The translations under genes and the position numbers were made by a program. From Lama glama (lineage: Eukaryota), in assembly GCA_028534125.1 (NCBI GenBank), contig CM052816.1, positions 10,788,001 to 10,852,000 on the forward strand: a stretch of 64,000 nucleotides of DNA, written 5' to 3'. Positions 38,536-50,922 of this stretch are shown piece after piece. The notes beneath the pieces were generated by a model. That model had not been told where the DNA came from, did not search any database, and worked only from the letters and a program-made list of their open reading frames with translations. The first letter of the stretch is position 1. Each line of letters opens with the position of its first letter.

Positions 38536-39789
38536 TCTCACAGCAGTTAAAACGGGCCTCTACGGTTAAGATATTTCAGGCAAAGCTGAATCGATGGGGA
38601 GACAACTTTTTTCTGAAATAGCTGTGTAGTTGCTTTATTTTATATAGACAGAATAAAACTTAGAAGAGACCACTCAAATGTAGAGCAAACTGAAGGGATG
38701 TAAAAGAAAGGAAGAATAGACTTTGATTGACTTTGGGTTCTGTGTGCCATTCAGTCCACTTACTCTGTACTCTTTCAGACAACATTGATGTATTATTTTA
38801 TTTTATATATTATTCTGGTAGGCCAGAATTCATGATTTCAGTGGATGTGCTAACATCAGGGAGAATGTGCTCTCTTTCCCCTAGTCAGCCAGACACTCAA
38901 AGAGGAAATGCAGATGTGAGAGGCCACTTCCACTGCTTCAATTCAAATCCTGATCGTGTAAACCATGGTCTAAAAGAAGAGCATGAAGCCTGGTTCTGCT
39001 TTGTGCAGACCTTTTGAGAAGATGAAATGAGAAGTTAAGGGAGAGAAGATACCACCTTCCCAGAATTATATCAGACATATTAATCACAGAAATCCAAAAA
39101 GAGTTCCTGGAACACAAACAGTAGTGCACATGTTGGTCACTTCCCATAATCCATTGTGTTTTCCAAGGCCCTCTCCATCAGCTGGATAATACTGTTTAAT
39201 CCCTCATGCTGATTTAAAATTCCATCAGAGGGAAGTAATGTATTTCTGTTCTGGAGGTTTACTGTGATAAATGCATTGCTGGATTAACTTTATCTTCACT
39301 ACTACAGAGATCTTTTAGGTGCTAGCACAATTTTAAAATAAAACAAAAACTCTTCTGTTTGAAAATGTGCTTTTCACATCTGAACTCATTTGTGATGTTT
39401 ATTTGAGTGTTACTTGATGTCTGAAAAGCTGAAATCTTGTCCTTTACAGGCAGAGAAGCCTTAGCAATAAAAGAATTGGAGAATCAGAATCTTTACATGA
39501 TCTGAGATCAGTCCGGTGTTAGGCCCAAATGACGTTTTCATCCTTATTCCTTATTCCTTTGTGTATTTTAACTTTCTACTAATGAGCAAGGTTGGCTATT
39601 CTTAAACTTTGTTGCCACACAAGCCTTTGATCAAAAAAAAAATCTTCCTTATGGATGTAAATAAAGTAGATTAAGGTGCTGGTTGAAGGAGGAGAAAAAA
39701 TGTCTCACTCTTCTTCATAGAGGCCCTTAAGGGATTCCGGGGAGGCCTTTACAAAACAGGTTTTTGGTTCCATTACTGAAATGCATTCC

Positions 39790-40450
39790 ATTGAAAGGAA
39801 TTCAAATGTACATATGTATTCCCATAAAAAAGAATTCAAACAACATAGAAGATTATAGACCAGAAAGTTACTATCCCCTCCTTTAACCTCCGCTTCCCTC
39901 TCCAGAGGTCACTGCCACAAACAATTTTGTGGGTATCATTAAGGATCTTTTTTTCCATTGAGAAACAGATACATGTATATTGCTAATTAATATATAGTTT
40001 TAGGACTTTAAAATATACATTCTGTGTGCTTTTAAGGGCAAGAGTTTTTGTCTTTCTTGCTCATTCATTTATCTCGTGTCTAGAACAGTGCCTGACCTAT
40101 AAGCCATCAGTAAATATCTGCTGGATCAGGGACTGAATTATCCTGCAACTTGCTTTTTGTATTCAGCAATAGGTCTTAGAGTTCTTTCCTCATCAGTACC
40201 TATGGAGCCATCTTAACCTTTTTAAAGACTGCATTGTATTTTATAGTATGGATGTTCCAGAATATACTTAACTCCTTTCCTATGGATGTAATTCTAGTTG
40301 TTTCTAATTTTCTACTATGATAAGCATTGCTACAGTGACTGGCCCTATAAATGACTCTTTGTCATTTGTCATGTACACATGAAGAGCTTCTGTAGCATAG
40401 CTTCTTGGAAGTAGGGTTTCTGACTCAGAGGGTGCGCACAGTCTGACTTC
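39790..40450 (-). mobile_element. Very old L1ME-like fragments (with an embedded L2 end at ~40030-40140)
   Basis: TCCTGCAACTTGCTTTTT, GACTGCATTGTATTTTATAGTATGGATG and GTTGTTTCTAATTTT motifs. Confidence 0.6.
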
Positions 40451-40504
40451 CTGTAGGTTGGTCCCTGAATTTCTTTCTCATCTCCTATTAAGTGGAAACA
40501 GAGG

Positions 40505-40792
40505 TAGAATTTAGTTGGGGAGTTTTTTATGGGCCAGCACGTGGAGTATATCATCTCCACCCCCAATCCATTGGCTAGAACCCAGTCACATGGCCTCTTC
40601 TAACTGCGAAGGAGACTGGGAAATAGTGTTAGCTATGTGCCCAGGAGAAATAGCTTGGTGAGCTTTGAGCCTGTCTGCCAAAGCGAAGGAGGCTGGGGAA
40701 GTGTTTCTGCATAATGACGTGCCTGGCTAAAAGTTGATTCCTGCAGAAGAAGCCAAGTCCTGATTTTGGTAGACAACTCATCATTTGCCACT
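40505..40792 (-). mobile_element. Old MaLR LTR (MLT1-like) fragments
   Basis: CCATTGGCTAGAACCCAGTCACATGGCC..CTAACTGCGAAGGAGACTGGGAAAT...CTATGTGCCCAGG. Confidence 0.75.
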
Positions 40793-41779
40793 GCTCTGTT
40801 GACATTTAAGTTTGTAACCTTTGATATAAATCATTCCTAGGGCAATCCCCTCTATTTAAACCACATGGACCTTTCCCCAGATTTACACTTAACTGAATTT
40901 TAGCAAGATCTAAGTATGCTTCAGGTCAAAAGTTTCTCATGTAATTGACCTGAAAATGATTGACAGCACAAGATAGGTCTTTTAAAAACAAAAATTAGTA
41001 GCACCTGTTCATAAGGGAGTTATTGTGTTTAGTGATCAGAAGCTGAGACTTTATCATCTGTCTCCAGGTTGTCAAGCCACTTATCATGGCCTTTGAAATT
41101 TCTGTATTGGTGCTGAGCGATGAATGAACATCAAAGAGGTTGTTACTGCTCATTCAGTCCTCTTGGCCAGTGACAATGGCCAGACCCCAGGATTACGCCT
41201 GCCTTTAGATTTCTGGCACTGGGAGCTTTGGGTCTAAGATACAAGGATGTTTTTAAATGTCCTCCTCCTTCCTCTTCCATCTGATGTTATCTGCTAATAA
41301 TCCAGCCAGAGTGAAACCTTGGTATGATTTCTGTTTATTTGTATTATCCTTTACACAACCAGAAGTCCGTCTGGGGCTTTTCAAAAATGTTGAGAAGAGA
41401 GCCCTGTGGAGCCCGGTGGCCCATCATGCATAAGTAAACTCTGATTTTGATTAATAAAGAATGCCGCTGTCCATATGGGGCTTTGTTTTCTTTTGTGAAG
41501 GTAAACAAACAGATTGCTCTCTGTAGGCTAAATTTGGTAGAGAGCTGCAAATCCCCTGTGTAACTGCTTCTGCCTCGCTTAGCTACTTCCTGTCCCCCAA
41601 GCACACTCTACTTTCCTGACTCCTGCTTTTGCTGACACCTCTTCCTGACACCAGGTCCCATGTGTTCTCAGGTCCCAGCTCCAATGACACCTCCTCTGTG
41701 TTGACACCCTTTAGTCCACAGAGCAGGTTTACTTGCCCCCTCTACTCTGACCCACTGCCCTTGACATTTTCCTCTCTAA

Positions 41780-42400
41780 TAGTACATTGTAGGAAATTTG
41801 GAAACAAAGAAACATAAAAGGAGAAAACTTAAATTACCCATTAGCACACCACCCGGTGACTTCTATTAATATTTTGGTGTGCACATTTCTAACATGTTTA
41901 AGTATATTCCTATGTTCAATGTTTTAAGTGTGTTTCTATACAAATGTGTGTATATATATTTTATATATTTGTATATAAATGTATATAGCACATATACTGT
42001 ATAAAACTGTATTTTATAGTTTTTCCCTTAACAATATATTGTGAACAATTTCATATGCTATTAAGAATTTTTTAGTATACTATCTTACATGTAGGATAAT
42101 TTAAAAAATATTCTTTATTTACAACAATTTTTTTAAGAACTGTGTAAACAGGGTTTAAAAGAAAAAAAAGTATTCTTCATGCTTTTACATCTAGGTTGCT
42201 TCTGATTTTTTTTTTTTTTTTTTGGCTAGTGTAAATAAGGCTGTGGTAAATATCCTTTAGATAAATCAGTATATACACCCCTGATTATTTTCTTTGAATT
42301 AATTTTTAGAACTGGAATAACTAGTTCAAAGACAAGAGCATGCATATTTCTAATGCTTCTGATGAGCTTTGCTAGACTTTACTATAATGCTTATCAAAAT
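41780..42400 (-). mobile_element. Very old L1ME-like fragments
   Basis: TACATTGTAGGAAATTTGGAAAC, AACAATATATTGTGAACAATTTC and CATCTAGGTTGCTTCTGATTTTT motifs. Confidence 0.55.
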
Positions 42401-42804
42401 GACATAATTATGTGTTTATCTATTTTTTAATCCCACTTGTCTATAAATTCTTTCAGAACAAAGACTTGCTCATGTTTGTATTTGTATTATCTGAAGTAGT
42501 GCCTGACCTATGATAGACATAAATAAATTTTGATAAATGAACAGACAGAAAAATTGGTGGCATGTGGGTGATGGCACTTGAAGTTTATCCACTGGCTAAC
42601 CCGGACCTGTTTAAAGCAGTATTTCTCGAGGTGTATTCCTTGTCAGGAAATAGCACTTAACCTCAGCTATGGTCCTGGACTAAAGTCCTATCCATACAGT
42701 CCTTATGGGTCTAGTGAGGGAGTTGGACAAAACTGGTTAAATAAGAAGAAATCATGATAATTCGTGATAAACACACAGGAAATACGCAGGACACTGTCAC
42801 TGAA

Positions 42805-42990
42805 TAGTGCAAACTTTAGCATGTAGGAGAATTCCCCTGGAGGGCTTGTTAGTACACAGATGGCCACCTCCACCCCCCATTCGAGTTTGTGACTCAGCAG
42901 GTCTGCGGCAGGGCCCAAGAACATGCATTTCTGACCAGTTCTGAGTTGCTGATGCTGTTGGTCCAAACACCACACTTTTTGAACTGCTTC
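42805..42990. mobile_element. MER5A-like DNA transposon
   Basis: CAAACTTTAGCATG...CCTGGAGGGCTTGTTA...GGGCCCAAGAACATGCATTTCT...GCTGATGCTGTTGGTCC. Confidence 0.85.
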
Positions 42991-43084
42991 GAAGGGCGGG
43001 AGCAGATTGAGGAGGAGGCTGGAAAGGATAGCTCTTTAGGTGGTTACAAAATCTTTGTCTGACAAAATAAAATTTTATAAAGAA

Positions 43085-43570
43085 CAAAAGCTTTGTCTGA
43101 AGAGAAGATAGCTATCCTGAGACCTGAAGTGGGGTGGGGGGGTGAGAAAAAGTCTCAGAGACAGTATTTCAGGCAGAGGCAAAAGCAGATGTCCAGAAAC
43201 AGGAAAGTCTTGGCTCACTTAGGAGCTGAGAGGGGGTCAGTGGGGCTGGAAGGTACTGAGGAAGAGAGTGATGAAAGTCCACGTCAGAGGGGTGGTCTCA
43301 GCATCGGACGATGTCAGGCCTTAGAGTCCTTAGAAATGAGTTTGGGTTTTACCTTAATGCAGTGGAAAATCTAGGATTCTAAGCAGTGAAGGAAGGAGAC
43401 GGTTCATACTTTAAGGAGATCACTGTTGAGAGAGAGAAAGGATGGAAAGTTAGTGGGAGTGGTGTGAAGAGACCAGGTTGGGAGGCCATGACCAGGAACT
43501 TGGCTGAGAGATGAGGTCGGCATGACCTGGGGAGAGACAGTGGAGATGGTTAAGGAAGAGGAAAAGAAGC
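43085..43570 (-). mobile_element. L2 fragment
   Basis: TTTCAGGCAGAGG...GAGTTTGGGTTTTACC...TTTAAGGAGATCACT...GAAGAGACCAGGTTGGGAGGC. Confidence 0.7.
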
Positions 43571-44254
43571 TCTGTTTCACCCCCAAAAATCTTTAAGGGC
43601 ATTGGCTACCACAGATTTTGAACCAATTTTTAACTGCTGGACTTTACAGAGTCTTTAACATGGAAGTGTTCACTGTGAATCTCTAATAAGATATTTTTCC
43701 CCAAAGCATCTCAGGGAATTGAAATGTCAGTGGGAGTGAATAGTTGACATCTCTGCCGTGTCAAAGGCTCTGGCCAGCTACTGGCCTCAGCAGCAGAGTC
43801 ATCCTGTCCAGGAGGAAGATGTGAAGATGTTCGTTCACAGCCCACTTAAGAATCCAGAGCAGGGCAGTCATCACCCTCCTCGCTGTAGTGGGAGGTGGTC
43901 TTGGGAGCATGATGGCAGGGGCATTTCTGATATGGACTACTGGCCTCAGGCAAAATAGGAGTTGAATGAAATGTGGTTATAGATGAGATGATTGAAGAGT
44001 CTTGCAAGCTCTTTCAATTCCTTGAACAGGTAATAGGGGTGCGTGTGAGGGTTCAAATTTTGAGACTATGAGACACTTGCACACAATCTCACATATGACT
44101 GTTTTGTGGTTTCCTCTTCAACCTCGACCTTTAGTGAAGTCTTGACATGTGCAAAGAGGAGCTCAAGAATACTCCCTGAGATATTTTGTGCTGTTACCAT
44201 TTCTGCTAAGCTCTTCATGGGACCCACTGCGCAGAGGAGAGGTATGGGAGCTTT

Positions 44255-44422
44255 GGTCAGGTGGGAGTTGCTATGTGACTGTGGATTTAACCTCTCTGAG
44301 CGTCAGTTTTGTCTTTCAAAACTGGAAATAACAGATCTCACCTCATGAAGTGCTTATGAGGGTCAATGAAGACATTCAGATAAAGAAAACACATTAGCTA
44401 GAATAATAGTTACTAGTATTAT
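44255..44422 (+). mobile_element. MIR SINE
   Basis: GCTATGTGAC..TTTAACCTCTCTGAGCGTCAGTTT. Confidence 0.7.
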
Positions 44423-44456
44423 TTGAAGGAACCCTGTGTTTTCTGACTCAGTTTTG

Positions 44457-44694
44457 TTTTTACTTTGCATTCCTTTTTATTGAAGTCTAGTCAGTTTACA
44501 ATGTTGTGTCTATTTCTGGTGTACAGCATGTTTCAGTCACACATATACATCCATATATTCCTTTTCATATTCTTTTTCCTTATGGATAACTGCAAGATAT
44601 TGAATATACTTCCCTGTGCTATACAGTAGAAACTTGTTGTTTATTTTATATATAGCAGTTAGTATCTGCAAATCTCGAACCTCCAATTTATCCA
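44457..44694 (-). mobile_element. 5'-truncated L1 3' end (same family)
   Basis: TTTTTATTGAAGTCTAGTCAGTTTACAATGTTGTG...CCCTGTGCTATACAGTAG. TSD ACTCAGTTTTG (44446-44456) / ACTCAATTTTG (44695-44705). Confidence 0.87.
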
Positions 44695-46371
44695 ACTCAA
44701 TTTTGGTCTGATGTTAAATTGGCTCTTTTCAGCTGCCTGAAGTCCCAGGCCACTGGTTCTCACAGTTCTTCCTACATGGGGTGGTCTTTTACATGGTGTG
44801 ATATCTCTGGAACATGGCTGTTCCTCTAAACACGTGTTAATTTAGAGAACTTTTCTCTTGTATTTTTTCCAGGCATCTTATTTAAAAGAACTGGAATGAA
44901 TTTTCTTTTTTGAGATGGAACTCGATTATTTCTTTATCATCAGCAAAATATATCAAAGACGACTATATATGTGTTAGATCAACTTGTGAGCTGATAAGAG
45001 TTAGCAAAGACATCCTTCTGCATCTAAGTGAGGCACATATTCAGAAAGTAGAATGAGGGCTTTTCAGGAGACTCCATTGGTTCACTCCTTTTTTTTCCCC
45101 TCATTCTTAGTGGCTTAATAATAATCTTTTTTTTTAAGAGAACATGTTTAGGTACCACCATCTTAAACTAATTCTTTAATCACCAGGTTATGACAAATGG
45201 AGAATCTGAAAAGACCTATCCCAAACAGCTGGTCTAAATACTTTCCCAAGGTGACCCTCTGCTGGACTTGCAAGTTACAACATAAGAAATCGTATGTGTC
45301 AGGGTGACTTAATTATGTGACTTAATTAAAGTCCTTCTGATGTCTCTTTGGGAGAACTAATGAGTTTCTTTTATCAAGTTTATTCCAAGCACTTCCTGAG
45401 ATGCAAAATCTGAATTAACTATCTTCTTTATAAATCTGATGAGAAAACCAAGTTCTAAAAATAACGTGTGCAGTGCTGGAAGAATCAGATGAAAGCATAG
45501 AAGCCAGCCTACTGGATGTGAAGAAGGAATGAATGGTCTCGATGTTTTCAAGTTGGGCACAATATAAATATTTTTTGCATTTTAGAGTAGTACAGATGTC
45601 ATCAGTAGTAAGTCAGGTGTCAACATAAAGGGTTGGGGTCACTTCCCATTGTGGAAAGCTTATGTTGTTCCCTCCATGTTCAGCTCTTTGGATACAGATC
45701 TGACTGTAAAACTCAGAGGAATAAAGAACAGAGAGTAAATTGACCTTATTTCTCTTATGCTGTTAAACCTCCTTATGAAGCTTTTCTTACCAGGATGGTA
45801 AAAATCCTGAAAATTATCCCAGTACTATGTGGAAACACACACACTGCCTAGACATGGATATCCCATGTTTACTCTAGCTAAGGAATGTAAAACCATTCAG
45901 ATAACATAGAAACACTATGTCTTCTAATTTACACATGTGAATATTGGCAGGTGCACTGAGGTTATTATTTACAACTCTGACCTTTTTAAAATTAGTATTA
46001 GGTTTTCTACTACATAGAAAAAATTCTCATCTATCTGAAACTTTAAAAGGATATAAATTTGCTATAAAATAGTCTGTATGACACACTTTTGATAAAATCT
46101 TCTTACTGCCTCTGAAACCTCTATTTACAACTATGCATTTTCTACCAAGAATTTAATCATTGGCCTCACTAGCTCTTCTTACCTCTGGGAACGTGGAATT
46201 CTTCATTGTGTTGCAATGAAATGTGGGATTAGATCATTTATTAATACTTTACTAATAACTATGAAGATGGTTTAAACTAAGGTGGAGTACAAACAAACAC
46301 ACACAGAGAGACATATAAGTGTTTGTGTTTTTTTTCCTTTCTTTCTTTGGAAGGATGGGAATGGTCTAACC

Positions 46372-46747
46372 TGTTAAAAAAAACAAAACCCAACTGAGTA
46401 CATTTTAAAGATCTTACTGGTTTTATTTAATGACTCAAGAATTGGGCAGCATCCCATCTAGCAGATAGAATAGAACTCTAAGCCACTGTGCAAAATGGAA
46501 GGCTGTTATAGGCAGAATGGGGCAGGGGGAGGAAACAGTAGATTATCTCGTCTCTCTTTGGGGGACAGAAAGGGTCTATCAAGCAGATTCCCTCCCTAAT
46601 GCTGACCAGGAAATTCAAGACTGACCAGTTAAGATTATTTTCCTGGGAGAGGTGGGAGCGCAGTTAGGTTAAGTACTAAGTCTTGGTTTGGTGATGTGGA
46701 CTTAGCATAAGTGATTCCATTGAGGACCTGTTGTTTCTTTTTAAACA
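46372..46747 (-). repeat. 3' LTR of the provirus
   Basis: TGTTAA...TAAACA. Shares blocks such as GGCAGCATCCCAT, CAAAATGGAAGGCTGTTA and CTTAGCATAAGTGA with the other LTR. Preceded on the minus strand by a degenerate PPT (GGTCAAAAGTGGCAATT). Confidence 0.92.
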
Positions 46748-46854
46748 AATTGCCACTTTTGACCAGACTCTTAGCTTAACTAAGAGGTGTGATCAAAAAT
46801 TCAGGCAGTAGTGCCCCTCTCAGCCACACCTCTGTTCTTCTCAGAGCATTTACT

Positions 46855-46857
<3 letters not shown>

Positions 46858-46896
<39 letters not shown>
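46858..46896. repeat. (TG)n microsatellite, ~19 units, at the 3' end of the ERV env region
   Basis: Directly visible. Confidence 0.97.
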
Positions 46897-46898
<2 letters not shown>

Positions 46899-46929
46899 CC
46901 TGAATCTGTGATACTCACAGGTCATGACT

Positions 46930-47900
46930 TCAGGCTCACAATTTTTTAGTAGGTCATTCTCTTCATTCCTTTTCTGGCATTCCAGTCTTGGGAAGATCAT
47001 TTGCTTGGTGGTTAGTGGTTGCGAAGATGCATTTAAAGTTTTTGAGAGAGTACAGCATGCCAGGGAGATGACTCTGACTATTATCAGTAGGATCGTTCCC
47101 AATGTTTGGGGTATACATCACAGCCATGGTCTCCAAGACTCAATCTAAATCAAATGTGTCAAAGAAAGACTCCATTGAAGGAGTCACCTTTTCAAGCCAA
47201 TTGGCTTGCTCAGTGATCTTATATAACTGAGTTTCAACTTCCCCAGAAGTGTTAATCCCCAGGTGCACCAGGTGGTGTTGGGTGCAACACAGATGCCTCC
47301 TTGCTCAGCTCAAAAATAATCAAGGGCTATCCTATTATCAGGATCAACTTTGGGCAGAGCATGTAAGGATTTTCACTGGGCAACTACTGCTTTAGCAGCA
47401 GATTCTGCAGCATCTTTAAGGGTTAAGGAGAGATTCCTGATCATAGCCTCAAGTACATTTACATAAGGGAAGTGGGGACCTGCCAAAGGAAGCAAATCCT
47501 GAGTCATGAAAGCTTCCTGGTAGGTTCTAACTCAGTGATGCAAATTCAGGGAAGTTGACCAGTGAGTGATCTCAGTTTGTTTGTGAAGACTTAGGGGCAC
47601 AGTTAGGTAACTGCAGAGGCATTGCTTGGTTATGTGCCAGCCATTTAGGCATTCAGAAGCCCAAGGGGGAATGGTAACCAACACAGACAAATGTTAAATC
47701 CTGTGGGGCACAAACCACTCCCACTAAGGTGGCATTGTTAATGGGCAGGTCAGACTTTTTGATGACAACTCTATCTGAAAGATCACCCTCCTTATCAGTG
47801 GCCTGGGGATATGCATGATGGCATTATCTTTCCAGACCAATGCCAGAGCAGTGGAGAGAAAGGTAAGAAAAAAGAGTCTAAAGTATGAAGTCTCAAGCCA
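46930..47900 (-). pseudogene. env: ERV env remnant (partial SU, nearly complete TM), disrupted
   Basis: Manual translation gives PGSFHDSGFASFGRS..NVLEAMIRNLSLTLKDAAESAAKAVVAQ*KSLHALPKVDPDNRIALDYF*AEQGGICVAPNTTWCTW/INTSGEVETQLYKITEQANWL. This is an ISD plus a decayed CX6CC motif. The membrane anchor GTILLIIVRVISLACC lies in ORF 46776-47102. Confidence 0.88.
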
Positions 47901-47979
47901 TCATCTTGGGAGGAAGCAGTCTGCCTCGATGTTGGCTACTTCCTAGTCAGTATGATTCAGGGATCTCCGTTGTTTGCAT

Positions 47980-48140
47980 AGGACCCAGTGTCAGGTGGCA
48001 CCTTCTTCAGCTGTGAGATGTGGCCCCAAAGTTCAAGTCCCTGAAGTTTGGCAGTCAAACTGCCATCTGGGTAGTTAGGAGGATCAGTTATAGTCCTTTC
48101 CAAGGAAGTTCAAGGGCAGTCTTTGTTCTTAGTGATCCCA
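47980..48140 (-). pseudogene. pol: ERV pol remnant: integrase C-terminal GPY/F region only
   Basis: Minus strand gives KTALELPWKGL*LILLTT...AKLQGLELWGHISQLKKVPPDT, matching the class I integrase tail pattern WKGPYxVLLTT..A.KLQG...W.H.S.LK. Confidence 0.78.
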
Positions 48141-49670
48141 AATCAGAACAGTGGAAGGAAATTGGAAATGTTAGTTTGGAGAGTCTTAGTTAGATATTTA
48201 AGAAAATAAGAATCAGGATCCAGTCCATTTTACAGGTATATATAGCAAAACCTTAAAGACAATAATAGGACCAGAATCTAGTATTGACTAAGGTACAGAC
48301 ATAATTTTTCTCTCTACAATTGCCCCCATTTTCTTAAAAAGATAATGACAGTAAAACTAATTTGTTTACATTAAACTTGCCCTGATTATTTATGCAAGAG
48401 CAGCAAGAATAGTGACTGACCATATAAGCTTTGGCCGTATCTCAGTCTGTGCATATCTCTCTCACATACGACATACCAGTCAACACCTTGGTAATGCAGC
48501 CAGTGCTTCCAGTTGTGTTCTGTTACAAGGAGAACAGATTCTGTTTGAACTTAATGCAAATAATTAGCTACATTGTCATGACAGAATACTCAAGAGTTTT
48601 TAAATTCTGGAGGAATCAGGTAAGGAGATAAAGTAAATATTTCATCTTTGTTTACTAAGGTATACTTTATCAAATTGCTACACAACATAGATAGCTTAAG
48701 AGGAAAGGTTTCCTTAAATCTGGAAAAACAAAAATTAAGGAATGTTTTAATGTTTCCAACAACAGCAAAAAAAGACATAAGAAATTAGCGTCATCCTCCT
48801 CAGCACATTCAGTCCCAATTAATACTTGTTTTATTTGAATCTAGTTTTTCCATTAGTTCTGGAAATTCCTGCCCAGTTCAGTTTTATGATCTTAAAGTTA
48901 TTAGAAACCTGTATCTGTCAAAGCCCTTTCCATGAATCTCCTTGAAGACAAAGCACTTCTGCAGGAACACTTTTGCAAAAGCAACAGAATAAAACAGTAA
49001 CTCTATAAATGACAAAAAGACTTTAAAAATGGCCATGGTTAAATAGGTGATAAGTATTCATTACAATGCAGTTGTCAAGGAAATTCGGTGATTTCTTTGA
49101 CACACATATTTTCAGATAGATAAGTATAATTGTGACTGATAACATTATACCAAGACATAATTAGATTTCCAGGAATTTGACATAGTTTGTGGAACACTTA
49201 TAACATACCTAAACAAATAGATCATAAGGAAGGCTTAATATTACTTTTTATTTAACAATACTTCTCATATAATTTAACGTATAGAGTAAACCTAATTTGT
49301 TTAACATCTCCCTTTTTTTAAGGAGAGAAAAAGCAAATCTTTTGCAGTTTTCAGGGGACCCTCTGGAAAAATTCCAAAATTAGTTCTAAGTCAAAAAAGA
49401 CTGTTCAGAATTTGATTTGGGGAAGTTAAGAATTTGTTAAGAATTTTAAAAGACTTTAAAACACTTGGTCCAATAGGATCTTAAGTTACTGTGAAATAAT
49501 ACTTATCCACTTAGTGACAACTGAAGACTTCACAGGCAAATACAGAAAGTTCAAAATTTGAACAATTTCTTATTAAGATGAGCCCAATAATATAATAAAA
49601 TTGTCCTTTCAGCAAATTAAAGAAAATTAGGCTTTTACATAAGTATATTATTAACATTAAAGCTAACTTT

Positions 49671-49936
49671 TAAAACCCTTAAAACAAATTCATTTAATCT
49701 TATCCAGCTTCACCTCACATAAAATTTTTTTCCCAAGATTCTTTTTCCACAATCCATCCACAGTTTTGTCCTTTGTTTTTTTCTCTTTCCCATTATGAAA
49801 TAACCAGTCTCTCTTTAGGACAAAATTACTTTCTTTTTTCTCACTAAAAATGCATCTCCATCCCTTACACCCTCTTTTACCAAAAACACACTTTCTACTT
49901 TCCTTACATACAGAGATGTTCCCCCTTTTATTTCTA
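49671..49936. repeat. Inverted repeat arm A (~260 bp), within the ERV AT-rich spacer
   Basis: Reverse complement of 53410-53670, about 90% identical by eye. Confidence 0.9.
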
Positions 49937-50213
49937 GTAGCTTTAATTATATATCATATACATATATAGGTACATATCTAATATTTAAATAAATAAAATA
50001 TTTTATGTTATAAATAAAATAATCAACTTTATAAGCTTTAATTATAAATATTATATATAATATATATTATATTAGAATTTTTCACCATAAAATTTTTAAT
50101 TTTTAGTGAAAATAAAGAAGTAATAAGTTGTTAACTTTGATATTAGCATTCTGTTGCTGAACACATTTATAAACATTTTTATAATTTCTAGAAACATGTT
50201 TTCTCCTGGTAAG

Positions 50214-50416
50214 TTTTTTTTTTACATTTTTTTTATTGAGTTATAGTCATTTTACAATGTTGTGTCAAATTCCAGTGTAGAGCACAATTTTTCAGTTATA
50301 CATGAACATACATACATTCATTGTCACATTCTCTTTCACTATGAGGCACCACGAGATCCTGTATATATTTCCCTGCGCTACACAGTACAACCTTGTTTAT
50401 CTATTCTACATTTTGA
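50214..50416 (-). mobile_element. Young 5'-truncated L1 3' end (cetartiodactyl/camelid-type), inside the ERV
   Basis: Poly-T, then TTTATTGAGTTATAGTCATTTTACAATGTTGTGTCAAATTCC...CCCTGCGCTACACAGTA. Homologous to four other copies in the window. Confidence 0.85.
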
Positions 50417-50705
50417 TGTGGCCCAAAACATACTTACTAAGAAACCCAAATAGCTTTAGTGTTTCTCTAAAAGGAGGCCAAAAAAAAAAGGATAAACTTG
50501 TGTTCAGTAATTAATACTACAATGTTATTTTATTTAGAAATGATCTAGATATTTAATGACTATTCATTATTTAATTTAACTTAGCAAAACTTTAAGGTTT
50601 CAGGTTACCAAAAAGATCTGAAGAAACTATTTTAAAAGTTCACCTAAGAACTTTTATCCTGTTTCCCACTGTTTAATTTACTTAGTGTCAATAATTATGT
50701 TTAGA

Positions 50706-50922
50706 TTGGAAGGGACAGACTGGGATTTCAAAATGTAGAATAGATAAACAAGATTATACTGTATAGCACAAGAAAATATATACAAAATCTTATGGTAGCT
50801 CACAGTGAAAAAAAATGTGACAATGAATATATGTATATGTATAACTAAAAAATTGTGCTCTATACTGGAATTTGACACAATATTGTAAAATGACTATAAT
50901 TCAATTTAAAAATGTTAAAGAA
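50706..50922 (+). mobile_element. Young 5'-truncated L1 3' end with 13-bp TSD, inside the ERV
   Basis: Exact TSD AATTATGTTTAGA at 50693-50705 and 50923-50935. A-rich tail. Confidence 0.9.

Noticed and set aside
39435-39475. Acceptor-like CTTTACAG followed by AATAAA (possible terminal exon)
   Set aside because: Weak pyrimidine tract, implausibly short exon, and no other support.
47264-47280. CTCF-like GCACCAGGTGGTGTT
   Set aside because: It mismatches at core positions and lies in decayed env coding sequence, so it is likely chance.
49937-50110. AT-rich quasi-palindromic stretch
   Set aside because: Low-complexity expansion within the ERV spacer; short palindromes are expected by chance at this composition.
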